Part shown: piece by piece, positions 30,150 to 42,275 of the stretch
Position numbering within the stretch: position 1 is the stretch's first letter
Layout of the letters: each line of letters starts with the position of its first letter
DNA from: an uncultured Chloroflexia bacterium
Lineage (GTDB): Bacteria; Chloroflexota; Dehalococcoidia; DSTF01; JALHUB01
NCBI GenBank assembly: GCA_963726245.1
Contig: CAVSBT010000030.1
Coordinates: 1 to 64,000, forward strand
DNA length: 64,000 nt
Direction of reading: 5' to 3'
Program-made: the position numbers and the translations under genes
Notes under the pieces: generated by a model
What the model was told of the DNA's origin: nothing
What the model saw: only the letters and a program-made list of their open reading frames with translations
Database searches by the model: none

Positions 30150-30404
30150 TTAGGAGGCGCGTGTGCGGGTATGCGTCACCGGCGGCGCCACGGAGCGGGT
30201 GGAACTGCTGCTATTGCGGGGTGTCACGCTCGGCGCTATCGAAGAAGCTGTAGTCGTATTGCCGGTCGGAGCTGCCGATGCGGCTGCAACTGTGTTCAGG
30301 CTTGCGGATGACGGCGTCTGTTGAGCCACGAGTCCATACGTTGCCCCCAAGGCAGCCAGGGCCAGCGCCCCTAACTGCATTGTGATGCGGGTCCGTCGCT
30401 TCAT
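30150..30404 (-). CDS. Small anchored/secreted Ser/Thr-rich protein ending HTRTRAS
   Basis: SD GGGAGGGAG, basic N-terminus plus hydrophobic helix, low-complexity linker; first gene of the apbE operon. Confidence 0.72.
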   Translation of the reverse strand: MKRRTRITMQLGALALAALGATYGLVAQQTPSSASLNTVAAASAAPTGNTTTASSIAPSVTPRNSSSSTRSVAPPVTHTRTRAS

Positions 30405-30732
30405 CGTCTCCCTCCCATCGCTCAGGCCGGCCGCCGAAGGCCTGCACCGTTGGTCCTGCGGCCGTCTCGGTCAGGATACCGCGCGAATATTTAGTTCCTG
30501 TTAACGCCCAGGACAGGCGCTAGGGCTCATTCCAGCCACCAGGGACGAACCTGTCCGCTTCCAGGCAGCCTAATACCTTCGCCGGAGAGATCGCTGGAGC
30601 ATGGTATCCTAATAATAGTTTAACATTGGCCCCTTAAGCTGAGTCCGAGCAACCTGATATCAGCCTCAGGCATCGAGGGGTTGAGATAAACATACGGCCC
30701 CGACATCGGATACGAAAAGGAGCGAAGGGCTG

Positions 30733-31431
30733 ATGGCGCCGCGGACGAAGGTCCTGGTGGTAGACGACGACCCCAAGACTGTAGACCTCGTGAAGCTGTA
30801 TCTCCAAAAGGACGGGCATGCCGTTGTTTGCGCCTACGACGGAGTGGAGGCGCTGAACCTGGCAAGGCACGAGCGGCCGGACCTCATCGTGCTGGACCTC
30901 ATGCTCCCCGGCATGGACGGCCTCTCGATCTGCCGCGCCATGAGGACGGAGTCGTCCGTGCCCATCATCATGCTGACGGCGCGGACCACCGAGAACGACA
31001 GGCTGACCGGTCTTGACCTGGGGGCCGACGATTACGTGATCAAGCCCTTCAGTCCCAAGGAGCTGGCTGCCCGCGTGCGCGCTGTCCTGCGACGCACGGC
31101 GGACGAATGGCTGGAAGGGGCGGGTCCCGTTGAGATCTCGCTCGGAGATTTGAAGATAGACTACCGCCGGCATGAGGTCGTGGTGGCAGAGCGGCCCGTG
31201 GTCCTTACACCCACGGAGTTCCGTCTGCTCGGCGCCCTCGCCAGAGAGCCGGGTCGCGTGTTCAGCCGCGAGGAGCTCATTCAAAAGGCCTTCGGCCAGG
31301 ACTTCGACGGATTCGACCGCGGCATCGACGTGCACATTCTCCACCTGCGGCGCAAGATCGAGCGAGACCCGAGACATCCCGAATACATCAAGACAATCTA
31401 CGGCGCCGGGTACAAGCTGGGGGTATCCTGA
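30733..31431 (+). CDS. OmpR-family response regulator
   Basis: [24 protein letters not shown], wHTH ending TIYGAGYK. Confidence 0.95.
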   Translation: MAPRTKVLVVDDDPKTVDLVKLYLQKDGHAVVCAYDGVEALNLARHERPDLIVLDLMLPGMDGLSICRAMRTESSVPIIMLTARTTENDRLTGLDLGADDYVIKPFSPKELAARVRAVLRRTADEWLEGAGPVEISLGDLKIDYRRHEVVVAERPVVLTPTEFRLLGALAREPGRVFSREELIQKAFGQDFDGFDRGIDVHILHLRRKIERDPRHPEYIKTIYGAGYKLGVS

Positions 31432-31432
31432 A

Positions 31433-32824
31433 GTGCTTCACAGCGTGCGCTGGCGGCTCTTCCTCTCCTTTATCCTGGTGATCATCGTGGTCATCGGCAC
31501 CGTAGGCGTCTTCGTCGCGCGAACAGCAAGCAACGAGATCGGCAACTACGACGAGAGGGCGCGCCAGGCTCGTTCCCAAAGGATTGAGGCCCTCCTGTCC
31601 GAGTACTACGCGGACACGCATGGCTGGCAGGGCGTCAGCAACATCGTGGTCCAGATAGGGCGGCTCTACGGGCAGCGCGTGGTGCTGGTCGACCGCCAGG
31701 GTATCGTGCTGGCGGACTCTGCCGGAACGTCCACGGGGCAGCCCATCGAAGTCCAGCGCTGGGGAAGGGCCATACAACTGATCAGCGGAGACGGCACCGT
31801 ATTGGGCGTGGTGCTCATCGATCCCCAGCCGGGACCGGGGATCGGCCCGCCGGCACCGCCGCCCGCGGCCGGCACCGAGCAGGCGAGCGGCCTCGCCGGA
31901 TCGATCAATTGGTATCTGATATGGGGTGGGCTGGCAGCCCTCGGAGTAGCCAGCGTCCTGACGTTCTTTCTCTCCAAACGTCTGCTGGCCCCCGCCGAGA
32001 CCTTGGCAGGGGCGGCACGGGCTCTGGGCGGAGGCGACTTCTCTTATCGAGTGAACGTTCGCTCCAAAGATGAGTTCGGCCAACTGGCCAAGACCTTCAA
32101 CGCCATGGCCAGCGACCTGGAGCAGACTGAGCAGCTTCGCCGTAATGTCGTGGCCGACGTGGCGCACGAGCTACGAACGCCTCTTTCCAACATCCGCGGC
32201 TATTTGGAAGCCATGCGGGACGGCGTGGTGGAGCCCGACACCACAACCATCGGCTCCATCTACGAAGAGGCGCTTCTATTGGAACGACTGGTCACAGACT
32301 TGCAGGAGCTGGCCCTGGCCGATGCCGGGCAGCTCACCCTGCTGCGCCGTCCCACTGATATGCGGGACATCATAAACCAGGCCCTGGCCGCCCTTCAGAT
32401 AGAGGCGAGGTCGAAGAACCTCTCTCTGGCTGCAGAGCTGCCGGAAGAACCGGCCATAGTTGACGTCGACCCCGAACGTGTCGGACAGGTGTTGCGCAAC
32501 CTCTTGAGCAACGCAATATCCTACACACCAGAAGAAGGGAGGGTATCGGTTCAGCTCGTTGAGGAAGGCAGCACCCTGAGGGTGAACGTTGTCGATACCG
32601 GCCCCGGCATCCCTGCCGCGGACCTGCCGTACGTCTTCGAGCGCTTCTACCGCGTGGACAAGTCGCGGGCCCGCTCCACAGGGGGCGCCGGCCTTGGCCT
32701 AACCATAGCCAAGCGCCTGGTTGAGGCTCACGGCGGAACCATGGAGGTTACCAGCGAACTGGGAGAGGGAAGCTGCTTTAGCTTCACTCTACCCAAGGCG
32801 CCGGAGGAAGATCGGCAGGAGTAG
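31433..32824 (+). CDS. BaeS-like sensor histidine kinase
   Basis: 2 TM, HAMP, AHELRTP, NLLSNA, DTGPGI, GAGLGL. Confidence 0.95.
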   Translation: MLHSVRWRLFLSFILVIIVVIGTVGVFVARTASNEIGNYDERARQARSQRIEALLSEYYADTHGWQGVSNIVVQIGRLYGQRVVLVDRQGIVLADSAGTSTGQPIEVQRWGRAIQLISGDGTVLGVVLIDPQPGPGIGPPAPPPAAGTEQASGLAGSINWYLIWGGLAALGVASVLTFFLSKRLLAPAETLAGAARALGGGDFSYRVNVRSKDEFGQLAKTFNAMASDLEQTEQLRRNVVADVAHELRTPLSNIRGYLEAMRDGVVEPDTTTIGSIYEEALLLERLVTDLQELALADAGQLTLLRRPTDMRDIINQALAALQIEARSKNLSLAAELPEEPAIVDVDPERVGQVLRNLLSNAISYTPEEGRVSVQLVEEGSTLRVNVVDTGPGIPAADLPYVFERFYRVDKSRARSTGGAGLGLTIAKRLVEAHGGTMEVTSELGEGSCFSFTLPKAPEEDRQE

Positions 32825-32886
32825 CAGAGCCGTCGCAGGAATCGCATCGTACCCTGTAATGAATCCTTGAGTGGAGGAGGCATCAA

Positions 32887-33721
32887 ATGAAGAAGTTAAG
32901 TATCGCAGCTCTATTGACGCTGGCTTGTCGCTCGTCAGCGTCAGCACGGTGGTGGTCGCAAGGGCCATGAATGGCGGGGCTCCAGCTCCACTGCGTCCGC
33001 GGATCCAGTCGACCTGAGTACTCAGAAGGTGTGGCTGGGAGTTCAGATCTCCCGTACGCCTGACGGTCCGACGATCTCTGAGGTAATCGCCGGCAGCCCT
33101 GCCGAAAAGGCGGGCCTCCAGCGAGGCGACGTGATCAAGGCCGTCGACGGCACTTCTGTTAGCGACGTAGCCGGCGTGCGCAGCGATCTCGCCAACAAGA
33201 ACCCGGGTGACACCGTCAAAGTATCCATCACCCGGAATGGAACGGCCCAGGACATTACGGTCACCCTGGAGGCGCCCCCAGCGCCGCTGCCCAGTGCCAT
33301 CTCTACACTTTTTCCCGAGTTTAGCGGAATAACTGGGGATCAGCTCTTCAGCCACCTGCTGGGCGGCTCCTTCCAGTTCAAAGACAGCGGCGGCAACACG
33401 CACACGGCAAGCGCTGACCTGGGAACCGTCACAGCAGTCGACACCAATGCCAAGACCATCACGGTCAACCTCAACGCTGGCGGCTCCAAGACCTACGCCA
33501 TAACTGGTGGCGTGAGCACCTTGCCTGCAGACCTGTCCAAGTTCCAGAACGGCGACAACGTAGCCGCCATCTCGATGGACGGCAATCTGCGGATCGTCTT
33601 GGACGCACCGGGCCGCCTCCTTGGCTTCCTCGGTGAAGGCAAGCGGGGCGGACCGTTTCGCGGCGGGTTCGGCATGGGCATGGACATGATGGGAAAGGAT
33701 GGAGGCGGAGGGGGATACTAG
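32887..33721 (+). CDS. Secreted PDZ-domain protein (N-terminal frameshift)
   Basis: SD GGAGGAGG plus MKKLSIAAL signal start; WLGVQ..SPAEKAGLQRGDVI PDZ; Gly/Met-rich tail. Confidence 0.8.
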
Positions 33722-33734
33722 GCCCATGCGACCG

Positions 33735-33766
33735 GGACCGGCGGCCTGAATCCGGGCCGCCGGTCC
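33735..33766 (+). other. Strong intergenic hairpin
   Basis: GGACCGGCGGCCTG-AATC-CGGGCCGCCGGTCC, no U tract. Confidence 0.55.
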
Positions 33767-33831
33767 TCCTCTAGGCGTTTCCTCGCACTGAGGAAGACAA
33801 ACTCCAATCTGGAGAGTGGGAGAGTGATACA

Positions 33832-35028
33832 ATGCGACTCAAAACTGTTGGCCTCACCATGGCAGCGATCGTCATCGCCGGGGTACTGTCCGTGCTGGCC
33901 GTAGCACTGTTCTGGCCCAGTAGCAGTGGCAGCGGTCAGCCATCAGCGGCGGCGGTATCCAGCCCTGTTCCTTCATCGTCTTCGTCTTCTTCCGGCTCTG
34001 GTTCCAGCGGCGCAACCGCTCTCAGCTCCGCCTGCCTGGCTGCGAGTCAGGTCTATGACCAGGTACGTCCGGCAGTGGTGGAGATCACCAGCACGCAGCA
34101 GGGCCGCAGTCCCTTCTCGCCCCAAGGACAAGCGTCCGGCAGTGGAATCGTCATCGACAACCAGGGAACGATTCTCACCAACAATCACGTCGTCGCCGAC
34201 GCCACCAACATCGAAGTCAAGTTCAGCGACAACTCGACGGCTTCCGCCCAAGTGCTGGGAACTGATCCCGGCAACGACCTGGCGGTCATCCGCGCCGACC
34301 TGTCCGGCCAGAAGCTGACGGCTGCAACCCTGGGTGACTCGGATGCCATTCACGTCGGCGACCCGGTGCTGGCCATCGGCGCCCCGTTCGAGCTGGAGGG
34401 CACCCTCACCCAGGGGATCGTCAGCGCCATCGGCCGCACCTTTAGCAGCGGTCAGGGCACCCGCCCGATCCGCAACATGATCCAGACCGACGCCGCGGTG
34501 AACCCGGGCAACTCCGGCGGTCCACTCATCGACTGCCAGGGGCAGGTCATAGGCCTCAACTCCGCTCTGGAGAACCCCACGGGCCAGGACGTCAACGTGG
34601 GCATCGCCTTTGCCGTTCCCATCAACTCCGCGAAGCGCTTCCTCCCGGACATGGAGGCCGGCAAGACGGTCAGCCATCCCTGGCTGGGGATAGCGGGAGA
34701 GGACGTGACGCCGGCCCTGGCCAAGGACCTCAACCTATCGGTCCAGTCCGGAGCCTACGTGACCCTCGTCTCATCCGGCGGCCCCGCCGACAATGCGGGG
34801 TTGCACGGCGCCTTCAGCTCGGAGAGCCAGGCGCAGCAGAGTGGGGGGCAGCCTCAAGGCGGCGGAGACGTCATCGTGGCGGCGGACGGCCATAACGTCA
34901 CCGGCATAGATGATCTAGCCACCTACCTCGACACCCAGAAGAAGGTGGGTGACACCGTCGCTCTCAAGATCAATCGCGGGGGACAGGAGTCGACCCTCAA
35001 CGCGACCCTGGCAGAGTGGCCAGGCTAG
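33832..35028 (+). CDS. htrA: HtrA/DegP-family serine protease
   Basis: TNNHV, DLAV, NPGNSGGPL catalytic triad, single PDZ. Confidence 0.95.
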   Translation: MRLKTVGLTMAAIVIAGVLSVLAVALFWPSSSGSGQPSAAAVSSPVPSSSSSSSGSGSSGATALSSACLAASQVYDQVRPAVVEITSTQQGRSPFSPQGQASGSGIVIDNQGTILTNNHVVADATNIEVKFSDNSTASAQVLGTDPGNDLAVIRADLSGQKLTAATLGDSDAIHVGDPVLAIGAPFELEGTLTQGIVSAIGRTFSSGQGTRPIRNMIQTDAAVNPGNSGGPLIDCQGQVIGLNSALENPTGQDVNVGIAFAVPINSAKRFLPDMEAGKTVSHPWLGIAGEDVTPALAKDLNLSVQSGAYVTLVSSGGPADNAGLHGAFSSESQAQQSGGQPQGGGDVIVAADGHNVTGIDDLATYLDTQKKVGDTVALKINRGGQESTLNATLAEWPG

Positions 35029-35050
35029 GTCGCGCCGCGGGACACGTCCA

Positions 35051-35094
35051 GTAGGGGCGCACGGCCGTGCGCCCCTACTTCGTGCGCCCCTATA
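35051..35094. repeat. GTAG-type REP palindrome plus partial copy
   Basis: Perfect 28-bp palindrome GTAGGGGCGCACGGCCGTGCGCCCCTAC (35051-35078) then CGTGCGCCCCTA. Confidence 0.75.
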
Positions 35095-36484
35095 CTACAC
35101 CTCGTGGCTCTCGCCGAAGGCGGCGATGCTCACCTTCCGACCCAGCTCCGTGCGTATGACGGCCGCCAGCCCTTCCAGGCTCTTCGGCTCACCGTGCACC
35201 AGCAGTACGTCCGCCTTGCCCGTCCCCCGCAGCCAGTCCACCAGCCCCCGCTGATCGGCGTGAGCGCTGAGGCCGTTGATGGTGTAGATGCGGGCGCGTA
35301 CCGCCACCTTCTCGCCGAAGATGCGGATCGACGCGGGCGCCGTCCACGATGGCGCGGCCGGGCGTGCCGATCGCCTGGTAGCCGACGAAGACCACCGAGC
35401 ATTCCTTGCGCCACAGGTTGTGCCGCAGGTGGTGGAGGATGCGCCCCCCGTTCGCCATGCCGCTTCCGGCGATGATTATGTTCCCCGACGGCCAGCGCTG
35501 GATCGACTTCGAGTCCTCGGTGCTGACCGTGAACTCCACGCCGGGGAACTCGAACGGGTCCTCGCCCGCCTCCAGCTTGGCGAGAAGCCGCGGGTTTAGC
35601 GCTTTCAGGTGGCGTTCGTAGGCCTTGGTGATGCTCACGGCAAGCGGACTGTCGAGGAAGATGCGGCAGCGGGGCAGCTCGCCGGCATCCCACATGAGGT
35701 GCAGGTAGTAGAGCACGTCCTGCGAGCGCTCGAGAGCGAAGGAGGGGATGAGGACGTTGCCGCCCCGTCCGATCGCATCCTTGACCGCCTGCCCGAACTC
35801 GCGCCGTGATTCCTCGACGGGGCGATGCGGCCGGTCGCCGTAAGTCGATTCGCTCAAGACGAGGTCGCACGGATGCGGGTCGACCGGATCGGGCATGACT
35901 TCGCGTCCCCGGTAGCCGACGTCGCCGCTGAAGGTCACGCGCTTGCCTTGCCCGTTCCTCTTCTCCTCGAACTCGAGGAAGGCCGACCCGAGGATGTGCC
36001 CGGCGTTGCGGAAGGTCACCGACAAGCCGTCGCCCAGCGAGAGCGGCGAGTCGTAGCCCACCGGCGTCTGGAACTGGTCCATCGCTACCAGCACGTCCTC
36101 GACGGCGTACGGCGGCGGCTCCACCCGGTTGCCCCGGCGCTCCGCCTTTCGCCGGTGCGCGCCGTACTCCTCGTACATCACGTGCGCCGCGTCCATGAGA
36201 ATGACCCGCCCGATCTCCCGCGTCTCCGCCGTCGCCAGTATGGGCCCTTCGTAGCCCTCCTTGACGAGCAGCGGCACGCGACCGATGTGGTCGAGGTGGC
36301 TGTGCGTGAGGAGAACGGCGTCGATGCTCTTGGCGTCGAAGCGGAAGGGCTCGCCGCTGCGCGAGTAGGAGTTGTCGCCTCCCTGGAACTGGCCGCAGTC
36401 GATCAGCAGCCGCTTACCGCCGGCCTCCAGCAGATGGCAGGAGCCGGTGACTTCACCCGCTGCTCCGTAGGCAGTTACACGCAT
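35095..36484 (-). CDS. MBL-fold beta-CASP ribonuclease-like protein (frameshift near 35330)
   Basis: EVTGSCH, THSHLDH, AGHILGS, ESTYG, GSGM, SAHAD, VHGE. Confidence 0.92.
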
Positions 36485-36528
36485 GGGACGCGTCCTTTCA
36501 TGACTGAGGTCACGATGTGGGGAAGGAC

Positions 36529-37203
36529 CTAGTCGTTGTCATGCCCCTTCAGATGCTGCCAGCGGTCCACCTTAGCCACGATCTCCACCGGGTCGTCCAC
36601 CACCTCCAGAAGGTCCAGGTCGGTCGGGTCGATATAGGCGCTCCCGGCCGTCTTCTTGGAGAGCCAGCCCATCAGGTCCTGCCAGTACTCCCGGCCCATC
36701 AGGAATACAGGGAAAGGCCGGATCTTGTGGGTATGGATCAGCGTGATCGTCTCGAACAGCTCGTCGAGGGTGCCGAATCCGCCCGGCATCAGGACGAAGG
36801 CCGTCGCGTACTTGACGAGCATGACCTTGCGCACGAAGAAGTGGTGGAAGTCGACGGCGATGGTGTGGTACCGGTTCGACGGCTGCTCCTTCGGCAGGGC
36901 GATCGTCAGCCCCACCGACGTGCCGCCGGCCTCGAATGCCCCCTTGTTCGCGGCCTCCATGATCCCCGGCCCGCCGCCGGTGATAACCGCATAGCCGGCG
37001 AGGGCCAGCCGGCGCCCGAGGTCTTCGGCGAGCTTGAACAGCGGACTGTCCGGCAGGACGCGGGCGGAGCCGTAGACCGTCACCGCCGGCGTCAGTCCGG
37101 CGAGCGTATCGAACCCCTCGATGAACTCGCCCATGATGCGGAACATGCGCCAGGCCTCTTCCTTGCGCAGCTCGTTGATGATGTACCTGTCCGGCTGCTC
37201 CAT
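36529..37203 (-). CDS. LOG family (TIGR00730-type) protein
   Basis: VYGSAR, TGGGPGIMEAAN, RK, PGGFGTLDE. Confidence 0.93.
   Translation of the reverse strand: MEQPDRYIINELRKEEAWRMFRIMGEFIEGFDTLAGLTPAVTVYGSARVLPDSPLFKLAEDLGRRLALAGYAVITGGGPGIMEAANKGAFEAGGTSVGLTIALPKEQPSNRYHTIAVDFHHFFVRKVMLVKYATAFVLMPGGFGTLDELFETITLIHTHKIRPFPVFLMGREYWQDLMGWLSKKTAGSAYIDPTDLDLLEVVDDPVEIVAKVDRWQHLKGHDND
37093..37133. repeat. 41-bp direct repeat, copy 1 (inside LOG gene)
   Basis: 39/41 identical to 42866-42906. Confidence 0.9.
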
Positions 37204-37417
37204 GATGCGCCTCCAGCTAAGACTCCGAAGCCAAAGCCTCAGATACAATAGCACGAGAGCAGGTGGACAGGCCAAGCGGAGGCCGGCAGGACTATCACTC
37301 CCGGTTCTTGCTGGCCTTCATCACGAGTACGAATGGGTAGCGAATTGACGCACGCAGATACGGATGCAATATTGGCTTCTCACAGTCGGTGATTAGAGGG
37401 GCTGCTGCACGCACTTC

Positions 37418-40142
37418 ATGGATGATTCGAGCGCCCGAGAGAATGGGTGGCAAAGCCTGGAACTCGTGGCGGCGGCCCGGCTCGACGCACCGGCCGTGCT
37501 CACACGATTGGAGACTTCCGAGAATGGTCTGAGTGCGGCTGAGGCAACGGGCCGCCTGGGCAAGCTCGGGCCAAACGCCGTTCGCAGCCACGGTGCGAAT
37601 GCCCTGGATGTGCTGCTCCGCCAGGTCAAGAGCCCCCTCCTGATCCTGCTGGTGGCGGCCGCAGCCACGTCGCTGGTCGTCGGGGAGCGAACCGACGCCC
37701 TGATCATCTTTGCCATCATGGCCCTCAGCGTAGGGCTCGGGTTCTTCAATGAGTACCGGGCCGCGCGCGCCGTAGAAGCGCTGCACTCTCGCATCCGCCA
37801 CACCGCCGTCACGTCCCGCGACGGCAAAGTCGTCGAGGTCGATCTCACGGACCTGGTGCCCGGTGACGTCGTGCGTCTCACCGTCGGCGAGGTGGTGCCG
37901 GCAGATATGCGTCTCCTGGAGGCCGACGAGCTAACGTGTGATGAGGCGATGCTGACGGGTGAAGCGACGCCCGCGGAGAAGAACACCACCCCTGCGCCTC
38001 CGGCCGAATCACCCCTCGATCTGCCGTCGTGCGTATTCATGGGCACCGTGGTGCGCACAGGCGGCGGCCGCGGAGTGGTAGTGCAGACGGGAAGAAACAC
38101 CGCCTTCGGTCGCATCGCCATCCGCCTCGGCGAGGCGCAGGAAGAGACCGGCTTCCAGCTCGGCCTCCGCGATTTCTCCGTCCTGCTCGTAAAGGTCACG
38201 GTCGTTCTGACCGTGTCCATCTTCGTCATCAACGTCGCACTGCGACGGCCGCTTCTGGATGCCGCACTCTTCGCTCTAGCCATCGCGGTAGGGCTCACGC
38301 CGCAGCTCTTGCCCGCCATCGTTACGATTAGCCTTTCGACCGGCGCCCGTCATCTGGCCCGCAAATCGGTGATCGTCAAGCGGCTCGTAAGCATCGAGGA
38401 CCTGGGCAACATGGAGGTGCTGTTTACCGACAAGACAGGCACCCTCACGGAAGGTAAGATCACCTACTCGGCGGCCCTCGATCCCGCCGGCAACCCCTCG
38501 AGTGAAGCGTTCCTTCTCGGGCTGCTGTGCAACTCGGCGACGGTCGAAGGCGGCGTCACCGTCAGCGGGAATCCTCTCGACCGCGCCCTGTGGGACGCTC
38601 CCCAAGCCGCAAGCACCCCCGTGTCGGACTTCGTCCGTCTCGCCGAGGCCCCCTTTGACTACGACCGTCAGCGGATGTCGGTGCTGGTGCAGGACCCGAA
38701 GGGAGCCCGCCGCGTGATAACGAAGGGTGCGCCCGAGTCGGTGCTTGCCCTCTGCCACGAGGTCCCGCCGAGCGTGCCCGCCCTGCTGAATGCCCAGTTC
38801 GATGCCGGCAGCCGGACCATCGCCGTGGCGACTCGTGACGGAGAGCGGCCTCTCGACCATCGGCCCTCAGGACGAGCACGACCTCCAGTTCGCTGGGTTC
38901 CTCACCTTCGTCGATCGGGCGAAGCCCGACGTTGGCGCTTCGATCGAACGGCTGAACAAGCTCGGCATCACCGTCAAGATTGTTACGGGAGACAACGACC
39001 GGGTGGCGACCAAGCTCTGCACCGATCTGGGCATGCCCGTCGCTGGTACGCTGACCGGTACCGCCTTGGAGAAGCTGAGCGATGATGAGCTGGTGGCGGC
39101 GCTGCCTTCGACTACGATCTTCGCCCGGGTAACACCTGAACAGAAGTCGCGGATCATCCGGGCCCAGCGGACGCTGGGCGCCGACGTCGGCTTCCTCGGC
39201 GATGGGGTCAACGATGCGGTTGCACTGCATGACGCCGATGTCGGCATCTCAGTGGACTCCGGCGCCGACGTGGCCAAGGACGCCGCCGACATCGTGTTGC
39301 TTGACAAGGACCTGGGCATCCTGGCGGGCGGCGTCGTCGAGGGCAGGCGCGTATTCGCCAACACCATCAAGTACGTGCTGATGGGGACATCATCCAACTT
39401 CGGCAACATGTTCAGCGCCGGCGGCGCCTCTCTCGTGCTGTCCTTCCTGCCGATGCTACCGCCGCAGATCCTCCTCAATAACCTCCTCTACGACGTGAGC
39501 GAGATGACCATCCCGACGGACAACGTCGACGAGGAGCTGCTGGAGCATCCGGCGCACTGGGACACCTCTTTCATCCGCAAGTTCATGATGTTCTTCGGTC
39601 CCATCAGCTCGGTGTATGACTTTCTCACTTTTGGGGTCATGCTGTGGGTCTTTAACGCCGGCGAGACGCTGTTTCATTCCGGGTGGTTCGCCGAGTCGCT
39701 CGCCACGCAAACGCTGGTGATCTTCATCATCCGCACCAGGCGGATTCCCTTCTTCCACAGTCGCCCCAGCCGCCCACTGCTGGCGACGACGCTGGCCTGC
39801 GCCGCCATCGGTGTCGTGCTCCCGTTCTCGCCTCTGGCAGGCCTGCTCGGGTTCACGGCGCTGCCCGCCGGCTTCCTTGCGATCCTGGTGCTGATGGTCG
39901 TCACGTATCTGGGTCTGGTCGAGGCCGGCAAGTCGCGGTTCTTCCGGCCGGAGCCGGGCGAGCGGCCTCTGGCCCGGAGACGCGGGAAGTGGGAGAGGCG
40001 CGTTCACCGGGTTGCGGCGCGCTGGAGCCACCCGAGGCTTCCCGGGACGGGGACTGCCTCACGGAGTCGCCTGAGGTCAAGCCGCAGGTCTTCGGCCGGC
40101 TTGAACAGCGGATCGTCCGACAAGACTGGGGCGGAGCCGTAG
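37418..40142 (+). CDS. mgtA: Magnesium-translocating P-type ATPase (frameshift near 38840)
   Basis: LTGE, AVGLTPQLLP, DKTGTLT, TGDN, GDGVND, SSNFGNMFS, NNLLYD, WFAES. Confidence 0.92.
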
Positions 40143-40224
40143 CGGCACCGGCAGGCTGCGGTCTGACAAGCCGAGCGAGGGCTAGCAGATGCCAGCCCTC
40201 GCTCCCTTCTCGGCCAATTGCCTG

Positions 40225-40563
40225 TTAGAGTGCGGCCTCTCCCCTCTCGCCGGTGCGGACGCGCATGGCATCGTCAATCGTGGAGACGAAGACCTTGCCA
40301 TCGCCAATCTCGCCCGTGCGTGCGCTGTCTCTGATCGCCTTGAGGACCTTCTCCGCCATGGTGTCAGCGACCACCACCTCGATCTTCACCTTGGGAAGGA
40401 CGTCGACGCTGTAGGCCGTGCCACGCCACTGCTGGGTGATACCGCGCTGCGTGCCATGTCCCTTGACCTCGGTGAACGTGAGACCGCCGTAGCCGATCTC
40501 CTCGAGCGCCTTCTGCACCAGCGCCACCCGCTCCGGCCGGACTATCGCTTCGATCTTCTTCAT
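40225..40563 (-). CDS. glnK: P-II nitrogen regulatory protein
   Basis: MKKIEAIVRP, GHGTQRG, TGEIGDGKVF, RVRTGERG; downstream of amt. Confidence 0.95.
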   Translation of the reverse strand: MKKIEAIVRPERVALVQKALEEIGYGGLTFTEVKGHGTQRGITQQWRGTAYSVDVLPKVKIEVVVADTMAEKVLKAIRDSARTGEIGDGKVFVSTIDDAMRVRTGERGEAAL

Positions 40564-40600
40564 CTCTGCTAACCTCCGCTTCAAGGAATCACGTCCCGCG

Positions 40601-42275
40601 TCAGGAGCCAGCGCCGACGGGTTCAGACCCGGACAGAGCACGCCGGAGCAGATCCTCCGGGATGGAGCCGTGGAGCTCTCGCTCCATCACGAAACCGGCG
40701 TAACCCGACACGCCGAATTCCGGCTCGTCCAGCCCCAGGACCTCCGCCTCCTCCGACACACGCATCGATGTTACCGCCTTGTAGGCTCCGAAGACGAGCA
40801 TCGTCACGCCGAATGCCCAGCAGAAGCTGACGACGACGCTGAAGAGCTGGGCGCCCATCTGACCAACGTCGCCGTAGAACAGGCCGGTGACATTGCCAGT
40901 GATGCCGTTCCAGCCTGCGCCGTACGTCCCGTCGGCGAAGAGGCCGAGGGCGATGAGTCCCCAGGCACCGCAAACGCCATGGACTGAGACGGCGCCGCAG
41001 GGGTCATCCACATGGGCAACGTTGTCCCAGAACCAGACGCTGACACAGACCAGCAGGCCGGCGACAAGCCCGATGATCGCGGCCGCGTAAGGGGCGACAA
41101 AGGCGCAAGGGCGCGGTGATCGCGACCAGGCCGGCCAGCATGCCGTTGCAGGACATGGAGATGTCGGGTTTGCCATAGACCCAGGCGGTGTAGGCGATCG
41201 CGGCGGCGGCGCCAAAGACAGAGGCGGTCGCCGTGTTCTCGATGATGACGGCGATGCGCAGGTCTGAGGAGCCGAGCGTCGAACCGGGGTTGAAGCCCAT
41301 CCATCCGAAGAGAAGTATGAACGTGCCGACGACAACATAGGGGATGCTGTGGCCGGGGATGGCGTTGGGCTTCCCGTCACGGTTGAACTTACCGATACGC
41401 GGCCCGAGGAGGATGGCGAGCGCCAGGGCGGTCCAGCCGCCCACCGCATGGACGACGCCGGAGCCGGCGAAGTCGACGGCGCCGTGGCCGAGATTCAGGC
41501 TACTGCCGATCTGAGAGAGCCAGCCGCCACCCCAGATCCAGTTACCGTAGATGGGATAGACGATCCCGCCGATAAGGAGCTCGGCGAAGATAAACGTCTT
41601 GAAGTTTATTCGCTCGGCGATGGCACCAACGATGATGTAGCCGGCCGTCTCCATGAAGACGACTTCGAAGAAGAAGAGGGCCAGGGCGCTCACATCATAG
41701 CTATGGCCGGACTGGAGAAAGAAACCGTTGAGGCCGATGAGGCCCCAGTGGCTGCCGCTCACTGTCAATAGGTGGCCCAAGACCATCGCCCCGCCCAAGT
41801 TGCCGGGGGCGGCGTTCAGCGCCGTGCCTCCGAACTGGAACGCGAAGCCCACCGTGTAGTAAGCGATCCAGGCGATGACAAAGGCGGCGAAGTTGAGCAT
41901 CATCATGTGGCCGGCGTTCTTCGCCCGCGTCAGCCCGGTGGTGAGGAGAGCGAAGCCGGCCTGCATGAAGAGCACGAAGGAGCCCATGATCAGCGTCCAG
42001 GTGAAGTCGACGGCGATCTTGTCGTGGCCAACCTGCGTGGCGAGCGCGCCGACATCGTTCTGTGCGCATTTCTGGGCGTCTGCTTCGCTAGTTGCGCCCT
42101 GACACTGTTGAGAGAAGGCACCGCCGCCGTTACCGGAGAAAGTCACGGCGTTGACGGCGCCGCCCGTCTGAGTGCCGCTGGCGTCGCCGTGGTGGAACTG
42201 GGAGACCGCCACCAGGGCTATAAGCGTGATGACCGTCAGGGCTACAAGCTTCTGAATGCCGCTCCACTTTCTCAC
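40601..42275 (-). CDS. amtB: Ammonium transporter (frameshift near 41110)
   Basis: SD GAAAGGAG before GTG 42275; FMQAGFA, AER, DFAGSGVVH, GWMGFNPGS, NGMLAGLVAITA, DDPC..VHG. Confidence 0.93.

Noticed and set aside
33960-34010. TCT/TCG trinucleotide run
   Set aside because: Encodes the Ser-rich linker of HtrA, not a regulatory repeat.
37204-37417. Mg2+ riboswitch or leader peptide upstream of mgtA
   Set aside because: No M-box features, terminator or Pro-rich uORF recognisable.
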